From: Tubiluchus corallicola
Taxonomy: Eukaryota > Animalia > Priapulida
DNA: 64,000 nucleotides
Assembly (NCBI GenBank): GCA_030141605.1
Contig: JAQGDQ010000352.1
Span: 1-64,000 of the forward strand
Direction: 5' to 3'
A model generated the notes under the pieces. That model ran no database searches. It was not told the origin of the DNA and saw nothing but the letters and a program-made list of their open reading frames with translations. Shown in pieces: positions 26,674 through 38,330 of the stretch (its first letter is position 1; each line of letters starts with the position of its first letter). Made by a program: the position numbers and the translations under genes.

Positions 26674-26869
26674 GTTGCATCATTGCAAATTAGACCGGCT
26701 GCTACTGTGTATTTTGAGCCGTTAGACTTGTCCCACGCCTTGTTGCATCATTGCAAATCAGATCAGCCGCTACGGTGTATTTTGTACCGTTAGACTTGTC
26801 CCACGTCTTGTTGCATCATTGCAAATTAGATCGGCCACTGCGGTATATTTTGTACCGTTAGACTTGTCC
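26674..26869. repeat. 68-bp minisatellite, about 3 copies
   Basis: Units beginning GTTGCATCATTGCAAAT at 26674, 26742 and 26810. Confidence 0.92.
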
Positions 26870-27569
26870 AACTTTTTGTAAGTCAGCACTAAAGCAAATA
26901 AACCATTCGCGCGCTTATGTTCTACTAAATTATTAAACACTGGTCCAAATCAGAACAGCATTAAAATTTTACCAAGTTGAAGTACAACTGCAACAGCTTC
27001 CCGCCCCCATGAAAAACTATAACCCCACGAAAAACTATATAAGAACGTATACAATGAATGATTACTGTTACCAGTAAATGTAGTATTTTTACTGTTTGCG
27101 TCAAAGCAAATATTGCCAAAAAAATCTCGCACAAGACAGAGTTTATCTTAAGCACAAGTTCGCTTTGATCTGATCATCGTATGCTCGCAGGCATGAGATG
27201 AGCGTGTTCATAGTTACTTAGAATAAATATAGTAGAAACTAACAAAATCAAGAGTTTGTGATTTCAAAGCATAAATGTTTTGTTTAACTTTTAAGAAAAA
27301 TTCAAAATTCGAGTCAATCATTATACCTAAATTGTTGTATTTTATTAATGACAGTGGTTTTAACTTAAAATTTAAATGTAGTTGCACTTTGTGTTTTAAT
27401 CACAATGTAAAACGTGCTGTCAGCAAATCATTATGATTTTGTAAGAAACTACTACATGTAGCATACTAATCCTTTTATAAGTCTTATCGTTGTGTATATA
27501 TACTTTGCACATGCACCATTGCACGTGTGAAGCATCGACTTTAGATGCGAATAAAATACAGTAAATACT

Positions 27570-27953
<384 letters not shown>

Positions 27954-28811
27954 CCGCACATGCAGACAAGTCACGGTCTCAGTGACCAACAGAAAATCCG
28001 CGCTTGGGCAATTTAGAGGATCTAACACGCAAGAACAAAATTTAAGAACGACTGATCCGACTAATTCTCCAATCAATCTACCAATAACAAGTGCACAGCA
28101 TAATACAAAGAATATAGCAAGCTCCACCTTCCTATGACTAGTATATCGTGAAGTGTGTTTTTCAATAACCAAAAAAGCTTGATTGCCAGGCGGCTTGCAT
28201 GTGTTGCATCAGCGCAAAAACCCCTGCTTCTACTCCTCCTCATCCTAATTGTTACGGTTTTAAATTTTGATACGTAAACTGAGGGCACGAAAAAATAACC
28301 ATCATTGTTTCTATTGTAACACGTCTAAAATGAATTAAACACGAGATCGAGTTGGTCTGATGACTTACAGGTGTTATGATGGCACGTGCATGTTGGTTGG
28401 TGTTTGCGTGTTACATCATTTATTGCCACATCCTGGCATCATAGTTTAAAGTCTTGGTTATTGGCACGGTTCCAAGACATTGTGCAAACTGTAAACGTAG
28501 GCTGGAGACAGTTTGTCTGCAATGGTTCGCGTACGTTCAAATATTATGCGTCTTTAGCTATCAACAAGTTAAGAAGAGCCAAACTTTAATTTTAAAATTA
28601 GTTGCACCAATGTATTTACGTGTGAAAAGAGAAGAAAATAATAAGTAGTGGAAAGGAAAAGAGAAAGGAGAACAGAAGCAAGAGAGAAAAAGAAAGGAAG
28701 ACGGTTTCAAAAATTTTAGTTTAAAAACATTTAATATTACAAAGCACATAGGCCTACTGCATTCCTGTGTATTTTCAAAACTTCAGTTAGTTTTGTCATC
28801 TCCTTCGTCGT

Positions 28812-28817
28812 CATAAT

Positions 28818-28883
<66 letters not shown>

Positions 28884-28917
28884 TACCATCATTACCATCG
28901 TCGCTATCATCATCATC
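28812..28917. repeat. (ATC)n microsatellite
   Basis: Directly visible. Confidence 0.95.
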
Positions 28918-29103
28918 AAATCATTGCTGTCACTAAGCTAGCATATACTTTAATTACTATTAGGCCGGTTAGGTCTACTCTTTGAATTAAAGCTTGATAG
29001 TTTGATTTAGTTTAATTTCTTCCTGACTGGAAACGATTGTTAACGTTATCATATTCCAGTAGTTGTTTTTGAGCTTTTGGAATTAGGGATTAAAAATTTG
29101 CCC

Positions 29104-29217
29104 TGGACTGGCAAATTGGATTTTATCTTGTCCTGCCTTAGTTATGCTGTGGGCCTCGGAAATATATGGAGGTTCCCTTATTTGTGCAACATTAACGGCG
29201 GAGGTATCTTCCTGATT
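29104..29217 (+). pseudogene. SLC6 sodium:neurotransmitter symporter fragment A1 (TM1 region)
   Basis: [38 protein letters not shown]; no start codon; runs into non-homologous sequence. Confidence 0.9.
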
Positions 29218-29554
29218 TCCTGTTTTTCTGGTACCTCCACTTGTTGAGGGGTCTCCAGACTCCAGAGATTAAGTGAAATTTATTTACTGTGAAAAGTTAA
29301 TTAGTACTATGAACAGTATATTTTATGATATACGTTAAAATACCGGTGATTTATTGAAATTTGCACGTATTATATTTAATATTTCAAAAACTTATTTTAT
29401 TTTGTAAACATGAGAATATCTCTTCTCTTTTTGTTGTGTCTGACTTCCAACCATCTATGTGGACCTATTGTTGGCATTATGTTGTAGAAGTTGAATAAAT
29501 TGATTTGAAGAATCCAACATTCGTGCTTTTATGAATTGTCACTGGGGGGGGGGC

Positions 29555-29920
29555 AGTTATGCTGTGAGCCTCGGAAATATGTGGAGGTTTCCTTATTTGT
29601 GCTACATTAATGGCGGAGGTGTTTTCCTGATACCATATGCTACTATGCTGTTTTTCACTAGACTTCCACTATTTTTTATGGAATTATCATTTGGTAAGTA
29701 TGCCAGTCGTGGTCCCATTGAAGTATGAAAGGCGTACCTCTAATGAAAGGTGTTGGATATGGCATGTTCATTGTCTCATGTTTTATTGGTGTTTATTACA
29801 ACATAATCATTGCCTTCTACCTTTTTGCTTCCTTTACAAGTAAATTACCATGGGATTCTTGTGAGAATCCACGGAACTCTTTAGCCTGCAACAGGTTTAG
29901 ATCAGAAAACTGCCTCGCTG
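29555..29920 (+). pseudogene. SLC6 fragment A2 (TM1b-TM3 and start of EL2), GlyT/proline-transporter-like, frameshifted
   Basis: [28 protein letters not shown]...[19 protein letters not shown], then an inferred 1-bp deletion (TGGAAA>TGAAA at ~29727), then KGVPLMKGVGYGM...YYNIII..YLFASFTSKLPWDSCEN. Confidence 0.92.
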
Positions 29921-29972
29921 TCAGCTTTACTACTATCAATCTATTATCGCTCTACTGTTGTGCCATTTAAAG

Positions 29973-30701
29973 CAGGGCTAGCAATGTTTATCAAAATATT
30001 TCTTTGAAATTAAAAAAAAACTTTTTCATTTCATGTTTTTCTGGTTTTCCTCCATGTTTGAAACAATTTTTGTTTTGTTTTTTTATCACTGATTTTTATT
30101 TAAACTCACAAACTTTACAATCTATCTTAAAATATTCAAAAATTAGCAGGCATTCACATTTATAAAATTCGGAACAGGATTATTATTACTAAAATACAGA
30201 TCGAATAAAAATCACTGTCTTGGCTGTTTGCCAAAAATCTCAAATTACAGTGATATAATGTTCTTGGTTTTGAAAACGCCCCTGTAAGTTAAGCCTGTTG
30301 TGCAACCAGTGAAATGACCATAAATTTTATTTTTTTCTTCTTTTTAATGCTATGAAATGTTTTGTTCTAAGTTTCACAGCACTGCGCTCTTAATTTGACC
30401 TCTATACTACTTTTCGTGAAAAATTGAAAATGCTTTTTTATTGCGGGATTGAGAATCAATATAACGTACTTTTCAAATGCAGCAATTTGATGAGAAATGG
30501 TCACTGATAAGTCAAAATGACTTTCCAGATCATCAAATTTAAGTTTTTCTTAGATGTACGTTGAAATTGTGTTCAATTAATCACCGAGATGGCAGAAAAA
30601 TTAAAATATTTTGAGCATGAAAAACATGTTACGAATGAAAAAACACTGCTTGTTTGTTTATGATTACGAAAACAATTATGAAAAATATTTTGCTAGCCCC
30701 G
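29973..30701. mobile_element. Non-autonomous hAT element (729 bp)
   Basis: TIRs CAGGGCTAGCAA / TTGCTAGCCCCG; 8-bp TSD ATTTAAAG / ATTTGAAG (7 of 8 match). Confidence 0.85.
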
Positions 30702-32499
30702 ATTTGAAGCGACGTGTCAAGTTAGCATTAATACGTACATCAAATGAATTATTAGCAAGCTCGTGCAACATGTTAAAACATGTCTAGATGTTAACAAAAA
30801 ATTATGAAAGTAGCGAAATCAGGGAGAGCTGAAAAGTAAATTTAATTACAATGAGTAGTGTAATTAAGTGGAAACAGAAACTTAATCACAACTGCGTCAA
30901 TTTGAAAATAACAGCCTTATTTGGAACTGAGTCTTACCTGCTATTTTCCTTGTATAATTAGCTTTCTTTCGGGTTCGCGATCACTTCTCAACCACAACAC
31001 ACTTCCTTCTGTGGCTGAAGACAAGTTAAATACGAACTTTAACAGCCTTATTAGCTCTGCATTTTGCTAAACACATTTGTAAAGCGTTCTCGGTAGCAAG
31101 TCTAGACAAGTCAAATTTCGCGCAAGCATTAGTGTAATTTTCTCTGTTGTCAGTAAATGTGTGCTGAACACATGTCAGCGAATCTGAAAGTTACGCCTAT
31201 GCATAGACACAGACCAATCAGAGAATGTTATGTTATTTACGCCCCAATAGTGGTGATTTTGGTTGGACGAGGCCTGGGGGTGAGTAATAGTCGACGTAGT
31301 AATGATAAGAGACTGGGCCTGTAGCTTGCGCCATCTATCGAGCGAAGCAAAAACTTCAATTTACAGTTCTCTAAATAAGTTTTACAGCCTCACGTATAAA
31401 TACAAACAGCGGAATAAGGCAACACTCTAGCACAAGGGGGGGGGGGGGTATTTGAAATGATTTTTGCAGCAGAAAAACATAAACAGAACAATTTGTACAG
31501 TAATAAACTCACTATTGCCGTTAAACTAGACATTATTTCATTTTTTATTTGTATACTATTGTACACAGTATAATCATAAAAACACCTCCAGAATTATCAC
31601 GAGAAGCTATTTGAACACTACTAAAATCATTCAAACAGAGCTTTGCTTTGACAACTAATAACATTTTTCAGTAAGTAGCCTTCGTTTGTGTAAACACCGC
31701 GATGTGAAGCATTTCTGCAGAACATTTGATACATTATTAGCTAAATAGTTAATTTAGGCAATAGTGAGTTTATAGTAACTGCCGTGCGTATCCTCACGTA
31801 AATGTCACTTCAAACTGATTTTCTTGCACAGAGCTCAGTTCATAACCTGGTCTGACGAATAGTTTTCAAACTGTGAGTGCAGTATCAAAGCAATCAGAAG
31901 AAATTATTGCATCATCATGAAGCAATAAGCCGTCTTGCTCTGAACGATTACTGCATGGTACCATGGTCTGGATATGAGACCAAAGGTTGACATGTGCTTT
32001 GAGCATACGCCTTTGCGTTGCACTGCATGCATTAAATTGGATATTAATTTTCCCTGCACATTATATTTCTATTCAGCGTTGTTTACTTTTAAGATACTAA
32101 ATGAATGTGTACGAATAAGTTTTATGTAGCAAGCTGTCGCTGTGGCCGTGGTGCAAACTGAACAAACTTGACAATGATGAGTCATCGTAAACCAAATGGC
32201 GCAATCAAAATTCATTATTATTAAACTGCATTTTTAATTTGAATTTTAATCACCAACTTCATTTTATTTTTAAAGTATTTTTAAACGATTTTTTTCTATA
32301 AGAATACATACATTGAATATAGCCAATTATCAAGATGTTTTCCGTTTACACTAAACGTGTGTTAATTCATGTACATATATTGTATCAAAGTATGGATAAA
32401 TGTAATTTCGTACTTTTAACGCTTTTAGTAAGTAAGTGAAGTAGTGTTACCACTATTACACGTACAGGAATGTTTTAGCAGGATCTTGCTATGTATGTA

Positions 32500-33485
32500 C
32501 AGTGCTGGACTAAGGCATGGGCCTTACGGGCTGCATCTCAGATGCAGAGAAAAAGAAAAGAAGGCGATTTCAAAAATTTTTGTTGAAAAACATTTAATAT
32601 TACAAAACACATATGCCTACTGCGTTCCTGTGTACTTTCAAAACTTCAGTTAGTTTTGTCATCTTCTGATGACAATTGTTAACGTAAACATTCCAGTTTA
32701 GCTGTTTGTGAGCTTTTGGAATTAGGGGTTAAAAATTTTTTACGCTTGACGTCCGGTTGCGCTTGGTAGTAAGAAGTCTAATTATAACTATATGAAATAG
32801 ACATCTGAACCGAGGAACTGATTCAGTGAATAGACCATCGAGTTAAGAAGGAGGAAAAGCGACGCCAGGCTAATGATGAATCGACTAGAATCTCAAGCTT
32901 ATATAACACAGCATGACTTAGAAGATGGAGACCTTGAGCCAGATGAAGACGAAAGTGATACATCTTGTGATGAAAACAGAGAAAGAGGCAACTGGACTGG
33001 CAAATTGGACTTTATCTTGTCCTACCTTAGTTATGCTGTGGGCCTCGGAAATATTATATGGAGATTCCCTTGTTTATGCTACGTTAACAGCGGAGGTATT
33101 TTCCTGATACCTCCGCTTGCTGAGGGGTCTCCTGACTCCAGAGATTAAGTGAAATTTATTTACTGTGAAGAGTTAATTAGTACCACGAACAGTGTATTTT
33201 ATGATATACGTTAAAATACCGATGATTTATTGAAATTTGTACGTATTGTATTTAATATTTAAAAAACTTTAAAATATTTAAATATTTTAAATTTATTTTA
33301 GTTTTGTAAACATGGGAATATCTCTTCTCTTTTTGTTGTGTAATCTTGCACCCATTTATGTGGGCCTAATGTTGGCATTATGTTGTAGAATGAATAAACT
33401 GATTTAAAGAATCCAACATTCATGCTTTTATTAATTGTCCCTGGGGGCCAGGAGGCCACACATAAGAAGTCCAAATCAGGCCGTG
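32500..33485. mobile_element. hAT-like MITE carrying a captured SLC6 5' fragment (Pack-TIR candidate)
   Basis: Degenerate TIRs CAGTGCTGGACT / AATCAGGCCGTG; flanks TGTATGTA / TGTATACT; GC-rich subterminal gggcc...ggctgca and gggggcc motifs. Confidence 0.6.
32792..33111 (+). pseudogene. SLC6 fragment B (N-terminal tail and TM1)
   Basis: ATG at 32792 is in frame with ORF 32873-33148 but followed by three stops; [48 protein letters not shown], then homology ends. Confidence 0.9.
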
Positions 33486-34259
33486 TGTATACTGCATAAA
33501 AGTTAATGCTATATAAATGGTTTATTGGCCCTAGCTATGAATCATAATTTCAGAGATTATTTCATTACTTGAATATGCCATGAAGTATTGGTTCATGGTA
33601 CATCATTATCTTGTCTCTGCCTGTATTTGTTCGTACTTTGTTCAAAGATATTTTATAGTTTTATAGATAGCAAGCAGGGAATCCGCTGCATAGAACAGTC
33701 TCTGCTATCAAACTACGTACTTGGAGCCAGCAGGTGAATAAATTATGATAATTTTATCAGTAAAGTAGAACACCAATATTTTGATTGGTTACCTTTGCTG
33801 GTCAATCGACTGCCGTGAATTGAGAATTGCGAGTCCATAGTCCAGGATGGTTAAGCCTATTCCTGCGACATAAGCTCTAATCGCTTCCTGAAAGAAATTT
33901 TCGCTTCTTAGAAAAATAAAAACCTGTTGCGAACAAATTTATTTGTTAGCCACAAAAAATTTAATCACAGAAAGGAAGGTCGTCAAAATAATACATGTTG
34001 AAGTAAAAGAATCAATAGAAGGCAGGTCTTGAAAGACTTGTGGAAAATAATACGCAATGAAACGATCGTTAGCGTTAACAATCAACATGTTAATTTGTTA
34101 TACTAGTAGTTAAAGTAGTTATATTACTTAGTGTTAAATTCCTACAGGCTGGCTCTTTCATGTATTGATTCGTAATTAACGCGTGTAACTTATAAGATGA
34201 CAATGTCTACAAAAAATTAGTATACTTATTTTTATTAAAATCGCAAAACAACGTAAGAT

Positions 34260-34515
34260 GAGACTAGAAGTACCCAATATTTGCAAGTCATGCTCAAGGA
34301 CTACTATAAAATGATGTACTTTTTCTGTAAATCTCTTCTAATTCTGCAATCAATCTTATCTTTATACATCTTCTTGAAACAAGAAGTATGTAATATTTGC
34401 AAGTCATGCTCAGTGCTACTGTAAGTGACGTAAATGTTCTGTAAATTTGTTTTTAATTACGCAATTCGTCTTATCTTTAGGGTGAGACTAGAAATGCTCC
34501 ATATTTGCAGATGCC
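34260..34515. repeat. Degenerate ~110-120-bp tandem repeat (2.5 copies, with a further remnant at ~35120)
   Basis: atatttgcaagtcatgctca...ctgtaaat...taatt..gcaat...tcttatcttta recurs at ~34278, ~34394 and ~34501. Confidence 0.7.
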
Positions 34516-35290
34516 CAGGTGCTACACCTTAGTGTTATACTTTGCAATAGATAAATAACTTTGTTATAAGACAGATACTTTGTTATACGCTGCGTTTAAT
34601 AGATGGAGTCCGCCGATCGGTAGAAACCAGATTGTGTGAATATGACGCTGTCCAAAACGAAGAGCACATGCCCAAAAAACCGAAAATGTTCAGAATCCAA
34701 TTCAGGAATGTAAATTTTTCTAATATTGTTGATGTATTTGAAAATAAACACACGTTTAAAATCTGTTATGAAGCATTGAAGTTATTTGCGTATTGTATAA
34801 TGTTATTTTGAGTCTAGGTCACTGTCTTTCGTCAAGCAAAAATTAATCATTCATAAAGTTTTGTACCAATACATGGCTAGAGATTATTTACAGACTTGTT
34901 ATATACAGTATTATATTTTTATGACGTAATATATAGGCATAGAATTGGTGTACTTAACTATATAGCACATTGCATTTGTTTTGTCTTTGTTGTTCTCGAT
35001 GTGTCATTTTGGTAATGTATTTTTTGGTTACATTATTTTTCTGGTTACCCTTTGTTATAGTGTATTAGTCTCGCACCATGTAGAATCATAGTAAATAAAC
35101 TAAGTAACAAACTAATTAATGTCTGCAAGTTTTTTCTAATTCTTCAGTTCGTCTTATTTTGATGTTGAAACAAGAACTAAAAGAGGAGTCTAATAACAGT
35201 GCTTCCCAAGTGGTGGGCAGTGCTCACTTTCCAGGTGGACTATGCAATTTAATAAACATATTTTTTTGTGAATTACGGAAAAGTTCTGTC

Positions 35291-35558
35291 TAAAGCGGCA
35301 TTTATCAGATCTCCAGAATGCGTTAAGTGGCATTTGCCAGACGTCCCGAATGCGTTATGCGTTACTGCGTTGCGTTAAGTGGCATATGCTATACGTCCGT
35401 ATTAGTGCGAATACAACTGCGTATAAACAATCTAATAGGAGTGGCTGCAGAAAAAATAACGCAATAACGCAGATCTGATAAACGGCTCCACTAAAAACAA
35501 TGTAAAGTGATTTTCACGCAATAACGAGCATTCCGGATGCCTAGTAAACGCGGCTTAA
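35291..35558. mobile_element. Harbinger-like MITE, copy 1
   Basis: TIRs aagcggcatttatcagatctccagaatgc / gcattccggatgcctagtaaacgcggctt; TAA-type flanks; internal GCGTT repeats. Confidence 0.75.
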
Positions 35559-36047
35559 GAGTGGAAAAAGATAAAAATTTCATTTAAGCAGAATTTTCGT
35601 TCCTCATCATTTATTTATTACTTGTAAAGAAACTGTGAACAACATGCATATTTGAAGTGTGCCGTAACGTTTTCTTCCCGAAGTCCACTGCGCCCAAAAG
35701 GTTGAGAGCCCTTCACCTGACATTTGCGTACCATGCCAATCGGGTCCGACTCGCCGCGACCATTTTATGCTAATGCTGGATTCCAGTTTGCAGTTCCGAA
35801 CTGTTTTAAAATTTTAAAACAGCTAACGCTGATTTTACTTGTTTGTATGTCTCACACCCCTCTTTCTCTCTTTCTCTTCTCTGTTTCTCCCCTCTCTCTT
35901 TCTCCCTCTCTGCCTCTCTTCCCTTCTTTTTCATCTCATTCTTTGCTCAGTATTGAGTACGGTTTAAAGTACCGTCATCTCTATTTGTTGCCCTCCCGAT
36001 CTTGCCCTCCCCCTTTGTCCCTTTTCTTTTTCATATTTTCATACTGT

Positions 36048-36225
36048 TTCTAGTGGTTACGCAACCGTTTTTCGTCTGGGAGGTAGTGAGTTCGATACTG
36101 CGGTCAGGTCATATCAAAGACTTTAAAAGTGGTACGTGCTGTTGCCCTGCTTAGCGTGTGGTCGCTAGATTAAAAGTGAGGTAATAACAATCTTTGTTAT
36201 GTAGGTGTAGTTTGTTATTTACAAT
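36048..36225 (+). mobile_element. tRNA-derived SINE with MetaSINE/RUDI-like core
   Basis: tagtgg...gagttcgatact head followed by ggtcatatcaaagactttaaaagtggtac.tgctgttgccctgcttagcg; homologous to 58045-58215 (-). Confidence 0.7.
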
Positions 36226-36440
36226 TAGCGATAAAAGCCTCGTTGGTGGTTTGTGTTATCTGTTGAATGTGAAGCCAACCCTTTGCTTGTGCTATTTGTC
36301 TTTACTTCTAACTGTACGTGTCAATCAAGAAATTACTTCAGCGATTCGGTGTATCAAATTTCTGTGTACGGGGATCCCCTCAACACGGTTCTAGGAATTA
36401 ATATCACGCGATCATTACATTAAGTCAATATGCTTAATAC

Positions 36441-36535
36441 AAACCGGGAATCCCCTACACGCAAAAAAAGGCAACCTAACACAAGAAGTAGAAAGAAAAC
36501 CGGAAAAGTAATAGGTAATAAAACCCGCTAATTTA
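36441..36535 (+). repeat. Dispersed ~90-bp repeat, also at 37191-37280
   Basis: aaaccgggaatcccc...aaaaaagg...ctaacacaaga.gtagaaa.aaaac.gg occurs twice. Confidence 0.75.
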
Positions 36536-37421
36536 TTTATTTTCATAAGAGTTTTCGATTTTTCTTTTACGTGAAAAAAGGCAAGCCTCAGAAGTTACAG
36601 ATGCATTCCTAATTCGACAATTTCTTCACGCGCCACAAATGATACTGCCGATATTTACGCAAGTCATACTGATAGGAAACATTTTATGGAACTTATGGAA
36701 TACATAAATATTTCGAAGTGTCTACATCACATTTTGAAAAAGCAGATAAGGCGATGATAAGACAGGTAAACATCCGTTTCAGTCGTACTTCTTTTTCCAG
36801 TGAAAACCGTGCTAGTCATTCAATGTCACGTGATTTGACGTCTCGAAAATTTTAAACTGTGATTATTATTAATTAATAAGTCCCATCCTAATGTCTCCTA
36901 TCTAAAGGGCAAATTACACCACCAATATAAAAATGCCGGATTTTCCAATACCTTAAATCACCACTTTCGTTAAGCGAATGAGCAATTTTAAATATGTCAA
37001 TGAAACTGCAGCAATCCTCTTCGCGCGTGATCAAAAGCACCGTATTTAGCTTTTAAGTAATATTTGGTAATGTACTAGTTGTTTTAACTAGAATGCTATC
37101 TTATATAAGTGTATATACCCCGCATACCATTATTACTTCAATGCTTATGTAATTCCAGCAAGCCAAGTGACATGTCCTTTCCTTTAATAGAAACCGGGAA
37201 TCCCCATCGTACAAAAAAGGGAAAGCTAACACAAGACGTAGAAATAAAACGGGCAAAACAATGCTTTAAAATCCACTAATTCATTGACATAAAGCCGAAA
37301 GACCGTCGCTCATTTGATAGACAACATTGTCTTGAACAGTGTTGTTATTTTAACATTACACTGAGGCTTACTCAATTTTATTATAATGAATGAACCATTT
37401 TAATGACAAATAAAGAATTAA

Positions 37422-37459
<38 letters not shown>

Positions 37460-37929
37460 TATATTAGGCCAAACGACTGTATAGCGACTTAGACAACAGT
37501 ATGTATTGACTTACATATCCTGCGCATCTCAGACTTACCCTTTGCCATTTAGCATTTACTATCTCTGCAACCGTAATGTAGTCTTTGGCACATCAGGCTA
37601 ATCGGTTTTTCACATAAAAATGTCAGTATTGACAATTAACAAATCAGAGCTTAAAAGGAACATCTTCCATGTTCGCAGGAACAGTGACAGGAAACAAGGA
37701 GATGGAAGTTTATAGTAAGATCCATCTTTGCGGTAGCATGTTTGGTGATTGCAGCCACTTAGCTAGGTACATAACAATTTTTACATTTACAGAAATACAT
37801 CTTGAGCATTTTTTACATTTACGTGACATACACCGGGTGAAATCTGCAGCCTATAATTTTTTTAACAAATTATGAATGTAATTACAGGCAACTAATGAAC
37901 TATTTACCTATATTATAAACCGCACTGCT

Positions 37930-38330
37930 CGTTTATGTTTAAAAGTACACACGAGTACAAAGCAAACATTCCATGAATTTGTATATATCATCAAAATTAC
38001 CGATTAAATCTCGAAAGTTACAATTTTCAACATTACATAATTTACATGCCAATGCTGTTGTTCTTTTGTAATTCAAAATGAAATGTTTTTCATCCTCAAT
38101 TAGTAGCATAGGTTTACAGAACTCACATAATCTATCTTCTCTAAGTTTAATTGCCAACAACCTTTTTTCGACAGCTAAATTGTACAATATTTTTGCAAGC
38201 ATTAGTAAACAATTTTCTCTTATCATAAAACCCTAATACGAAATCTGGATTAATATTTGCATAGTACACGTATTTTGACTTGCTTGAGATGTATGCAATT
38301 CTTTAAACCTTATCCCATTCGCTTTCTGTT
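37930..38330 (-). mobile_element. Decayed LINE ORF2 3' end (L2/Crack-like C-terminal cysteine motif)
   Basis: LAVEKR...REDRLCEFC...IEDEKHFIL matches the recalled LxIExGR...RxCxxC...EDExHF(L/I)L motif. Confidence 0.75.

Noticed and set aside
26674-26869. Regularly spaced repeats resembling a CRISPR array (also 3920-4040 and 63520-63815)
   Set aside because: Whole units repeat with no unique spacers; eukaryotic context and no cas genes.
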